From an uncultured Nitrospinota bacterium (lineage in GTDB: Bacteria; Tectomicrobia; Entotheonellia; J063; CAVPRW01), in NCBI GenBank assembly GCA_963707985.1, contig CAVPRW010000015.1, positions 1 to 64,000 of the forward strand: 64,000 bases of DNA. The letters are read 5' to 3'. How positions within the stretch are numbered: position 1 is the first letter of the stretch; each line of letters begins with the position of its first letter. A program made the translations under genes and the position numbers. A model generated the notes under the pieces. That model saw nothing but the letters and a program-made list of their open reading frames with translations. It was not told the DNA's origin and did no database searches. Below are positions 60,541 through 64,000 of the stretch, in pieces.

Positions 60541-61926
60541 ATGGCGGGGCCGATACATATCTTAGCAGTCGATGATGATAGTGTGGCCTGTGAGTTGCTC
60601 CGCGAAGTCTTAGAGCAGGAGGGCTATCAGGTAAGCACCGCCACCACGGGCCAGGTGGCCATCGACATGGCTCACGAAGTGCCGTTCGACCTGGCCATCA
60701 TCGACATTCGGATGCCAGACATCAGCGGCCTCGAGGTGCTCAAAGCCCTGAAGCGTGCCAACGCCCAGATACCCGTGCTGATGACCACCGCCTATAGCTC
60801 GATGAATACGGCGATCGAGGCCATCCGTGAGGGCGCATACGATTATCTCAGTAAGCCCTGCAAGATGGAGGAATTGACGCTCACAGTCGAACGGGCGCTA
60901 GAGCAATCGAAGCTGCTACGTGAAAATCTCTATTTTCGGCAGGAACTACGCGAGAAATACAAGTTCGAGAACATCGTCGGTACTACCCCAGCCATGTTAG
61001 CGGTCTATAAAACCGTGGCGCGCCTGGTCGACAGCAAAGCGACAGTGCTCATTCAAGGAGAGAGCGGCAGTGGTAAGGAGCTCATTGCGCGCGCCATCCA
61101 TTTCAATGGGCCGCGGGCAGAGCGCCCCTTTGTCGCCGTCGAATGCGCCTCCCTGGCCGAATCGTTGCTCGAGAGCGAGCTGTTTGGCCATGTCCGGGGG
61201 GCATTCACGGGAGCGGTGGACACCAAGAAAGGACTCTTCGAAATCGCCGATGGTGGGACGATCTTCCTTGATGAGATCGCCGAAATCAGTCTGGGGCTGC
61301 AGGCCAAGCTGCTGCGTGTGCTGCAGGAACAGGAGATCCGTCGGGTTGGGGGAACCCAACCGATTCAGCTCGATGTGCGGATCATTGCTGCCACCAATAA
61401 AGATGTGGAGGCGCTGGTCAAAGCCGAACGTTTTCGTGAGGATTTGTTCTATCGCCTCAATGTGGTTACGCTCCATCTCCCACCCCTGCGCGCACGTCAG
61501 GAAGACATCCCCTTACTAGCCAATCATTTCCTGCGCAAGTACAGTGAGGCGAATCACAAGCTCATCAGTCACATTACACCTGAAGCAATGGCATTGCTGT
61601 GCACCTATTCTTGGCCCGGTAACGTGCGCGAGCTCGAACATACGATCGAACGCGCCGTGACGCTGACGATGAATAGCGCCTTACTGCCGGGAGACCTGCC
61701 CCCAAGGTTGCAACAGGAGACGCCTATGCCGCGTCTAGATGCCCCGTCAGCACTGCTCACCCTCGCAGAGCTGGAGAAGCAGCATATCCGGGCAGTCCTG
61801 CGCGCCACTGAGGGGAACAAAAAACGCGCCGCCCAGATCCTCGGGATCAATCGACGCAGTTTATATCGTATGGCAAAGCGCTACGGGCTCGACGTCGACC
61901 ATGCGCACGCCGACGACGCCGACTAA
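60541..61926 (+). CDS. Sigma-54-dependent response regulator (NtrC/ZraR family)
   Basis: Receiver domain VDDD..DIRMP, GESGSGKE, ESELFGHVRGAFTGA, FLDEI, FREDLFYRLNV, WPGNVREL and a Fis-type HTH. Confidence 0.96.
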   Translation: MAGPIHILAVDDDSVACELLREVLEQEGYQVSTATTGQVAIDMAHEVPFDLAIIDIRMPDISGLEVLKALKRANAQIPVLMTTAYSSMNTAIEAIREGAYDYLSKPCKMEELTLTVERALEQSKLLRENLYFRQELREKYKFENIVGTTPAMLAVYKTVARLVDSKATVLIQGESGSGKELIARAIHFNGPRAERPFVAVECASLAESLLESELFGHVRGAFTGAVDTKKGLFEIADGGTIFLDEIAEISLGLQAKLLRVLQEQEIRRVGGTQPIQLDVRIIAATNKDVEALVKAERFREDLFYRLNVVTLHLPPLRARQEDIPLLANHFLRKYSEANHKLISHITPEAMALLCTYSWPGNVRELEHTIERAVTLTMNSALLPGDLPPRLQQETPMPRLDAPSALLTLAELEKQHIRAVLRATEGNKKRAAQILGINRRSLYRMAKRYGLDVDHAHADDAD

Positions 61927-62242
61927 GAAGTGAGACTTTTTGCCACACATGGCTCCAGGTGTCACACTGCAGGTATCTCTCAGATCCTGCACACTCTCTT
62001 GATGGCAGCTGACCAGTGGTGTGTCAGGCTGACCCGCGCCTGCGCTGATGGTCGCTGACCTCTCCTCTCGGCCTTCCGTAATGCCTCCCGATAGTTACCT
62101 CCCAAGACCGGCCTGCCACGAACATCGGTATGACTTTTGCTCGATCACCTATATGGCATGTAGACTGACTTCTGTCGGCAACCCAGAGGGGGGCACATCG
62201 GTGAGAGGGTTGGTGTACCACGGATGCTCATGGCTGCGGATA

Positions 62243-63451
62243 ATGATCGCTCACATGTGGCCGACCAACACCTGGCGCTATCGCGGGGATAAACGTGATC
62301 TGCGCCTTGACCTCCTGCGGGGTTTCGCCGTCATTGCCATGGTTGCCGATCACATTGGGGGGGAGCGCTCATGGCTGTACGCGATCACTGGGGGCGACGA
62401 GTTTTTCGTTTCCGCAGCCGAAGTGTTCGTCTTTATTTCCGGCCTCCTGATGGGCATCATTTATGTGGGAGTCGTGGCTCGCCAGGGCCTTGGCGCTGCA
62501 CTGATGAAGAGCCTTCAGCGCGCCTGGACCTTATATCTCATGACCATCAGCTTGACCCTGACGTTCATGCTCCTGTCAACGCAGGTCAATTTGGGGTGGG
62601 GCCAGGGGACGACCGACGCCAGCTGGTCTGACCTCATCATCAGCGTCTTGACGCTACATCGTACATTCTACCTGACAGATGTTCTTCTGCTCTACACGCT
62701 TCTCGTGCTCGCTGCGGGGCCGGTGCTCGTGCTCCTGGTGCACGCCAGGACCACCTACGTTCTGGCTGGCTCGTGGGGTCTGTGGCTTCTCTGGCAGCTG
62801 GCACCCCAGCATGCGCAATTTCCCTGGGCGATCGCCGATAACAGCGTGTTCAATTTTCCCGCCTGGCAGGCCTTGTTTGTGACCGCCATGGCAACGGGCT
62901 ACCATCGCCAGCGTCTTGAGCAGCATTTGGCAGCAGTCTCGGAGCGCCTGCTGTTGGGAATCTCCGGGGCATTTGTCGCCATCGTCATCGCCGTCCATGT
63001 CGGCCTGCTGCTGCCCTCATTAGGCTCGCATAAGATCATCTTCGACTACCTCTTTAGCAAGCTCGATCTCCGTATTGGTCGGCTGCTTGTGTTTGCCGTC
63101 TTCTTCACCTTCGCGTTCGCACTGGTCACCGTTGCATGGGGGCCTATCCGTCGCGCGCTTGGCTGGCTTCTCCTACCTCTTGGACAGGATGCGCTGAGCG
63201 CCTATATCCTGCATCTCTTCGTGGTAGCCCTGGCAATGAAAGTCAGGCCTCTCGTATTCGAAACCATGCTCGCTACACCTCTAGAGAATACTCTGTTTCA
63301 ATCGATGGGCGTCATCTTTATCTGGGCGGCCATCAGTCTGCGAGGGGTGGTACTGAAGCCGCTTCGCATCGGGCTAGCCAGGGGCACTGCGCGGCTAGCG
63401 GCGGGGCGGGCATATTTATACCTCTTCGGTCAGGCCAGCAGAGATCTGTAA
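62243..63451 (+). CDS. OpgC-domain membrane protein (glucan acyltransferase-like); start uncertain
   Basis: RDLRLDLLRG..DH, SAAEVFVFISG, DVLLLY, FNFPAWQALF and LGQDALSAYILH. Confidence 0.85.
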   Translation: MIAHMWPTNTWRYRGDKRDLRLDLLRGFAVIAMVADHIGGERSWLYAITGGDEFFVSAAEVFVFISGLLMGIIYVGVVARQGLGAALMKSLQRAWTLYLMTISLTLTFMLLSTQVNLGWGQGTTDASWSDLIISVLTLHRTFYLTDVLLLYTLLVLAAGPVLVLLVHARTTYVLAGSWGLWLLWQLAPQHAQFPWAIADNSVFNFPAWQALFVTAMATGYHRQRLEQHLAAVSERLLLGISGAFVAIVIAVHVGLLLPSLGSHKIIFDYLFSKLDLRIGRLLVFAVFFTFAFALVTVAWGPIRRALGWLLLPLGQDALSAYILHLFVVALAMKVRPLVFETMLATPLENTLFQSMGVIFIWAAISLRGVVLKPLRIGLARGTARLAAGRAYLYLFGQASRDL

Positions 63452-63829
63452 ACAGTCGAGCAACCTCCAGGCATGTCGTATTAGCCGGTCGATTTCCCAC
63501 ACCACCTGCCCATGTTGGGCGCTCCTTCGAACAACTCGCCGCGCGGGCCATAGAGCGCCCAGCCCACATGTCCCCGAGGCTATGCGGCTCTGCCAGCTAT
63601 GGCTTACACGTGCGCTTTCTTGACAGGTCCCAGCGGTCGCATTATTTTGTGCCTATGTCTGAGAGAATGAGATATTCAATTTAAAAAGGTTAAATTCGAT
63701 ATAAAAAAGTAACCATCATCAGGGCCGAGGAGCTGGCTCCTGCTGGGATAGAGAGAGTCTTCTCCAAGTGCTCAGCTTTTGCCGGCCAGCTGTTTATTCA
63801 CCCAAGGCATACAGGAGTGGAGCCCAACA

Positions 63830-64000
63830 ATGCTTGCCAAAGTATTCTCCAGTGCGGTATTGGGGATCGATGCCTACATTGTTGAAGTTGAAGTGGATCT
63901 CGCTTCTGGGTTGCCCTACTTCGCTGTCGTCGGCCTCCCCGATGCATCGGTCAAAGAGAGCCGCGAGCGGGTCAAGGCGGCCGTGCAAAACTCTGGCCTG
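63830..64000 (+). CDS. comM: YifB/ComM Mg-chelatase-like AAA ATPase, 5' part only (runs off the window)
   Basis: [62 protein letters not shown]-17-TATTTT at 63620-63648. Confidence 0.92.
   Translation, partial: MLAKVFSSAVLGIDAYIVEVEVDLASGLPYFAVVGLPDASVKESRERVKAAVQNSGL

Noticed and set aside
1..64000. CRISPR array, tRNA or rRNA genes
   Set aside because: No regularly spaced repeat-spacer series or recognisable structural RNA gene was seen by eye. A covariance-model scan was not possible.

Overview
A GC-rich bacterial chromosome segment. Its gene content (many luciferase-like monooxygenases (LLM), family III CoA-transferases, a molybdenum hydroxylase, a Tat-exported ABC binding protein and decayed GC-rich IS) resembles Candidatus Tectomicrobia/Entotheonella-like genomes; this taxonomy is inference only. 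About ten otherwise intact genes carry single-base frameshifts, which suggests an imperfectly polished assembly. Layout: (1) 1-6.5 kb, decayed IS elements (IS4/IS701-like, IS3, IS701, IS66 and a 145-bp IS66-end mini-element) around an AT-rich beta-helix gene. (2) 7-39 kb, mainly catabolic genes: otsA, an XRE-cupin regulator, an unusual DUF4242-like/DsrH-like fusion, an amidohydrolase, a ThDP enzyme, a cold-shock protein, an ICL-superfamily + 2-hydroxyacid dehydrogenase + three-subunit Mo-hydroxylase operon, LLMs, split and fused CoA-transferases, an outer-membrane barrel, a peptide-type ABC cluster and an enoyl-CoA hydratase, punctuated by CCCTCTCCC..GGGAGAGGG palindromic repeats. (3) 39.6-42.4 kb, a cluster of tiny membrane proteins between two convergent consensus sigma-54 promoters, including a 26-aa microprotein missed by the ORF track. 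(4) 42.5-51.7 kb, an F420-type LLM, a VOC protein, a peroxiredoxin, minCDE and a GldAFG-like/DUF4340 ABC operon. (5) 52-56 kb, a decayed accessory patch: a TIR-domain gene, an IS110 remnant with a structured leader (candidate bridge RNA) and a chimeric TPR remnant. (6) 56-64 kb, MgtC/DUF4010, an Rdx protein, a methyltransferase, a sigma-54 two-component system, an OpgC-domain gene and the start of comM/yifB. No rRNA, tRNA or CRISPR array was seen. The best leads are the sigma-54 microprotein cluster, the DUF4242-DsrH fusion, the IS110 leader RNA, the TIR remnant and the unassigned Mo-hydroxylase pathway.
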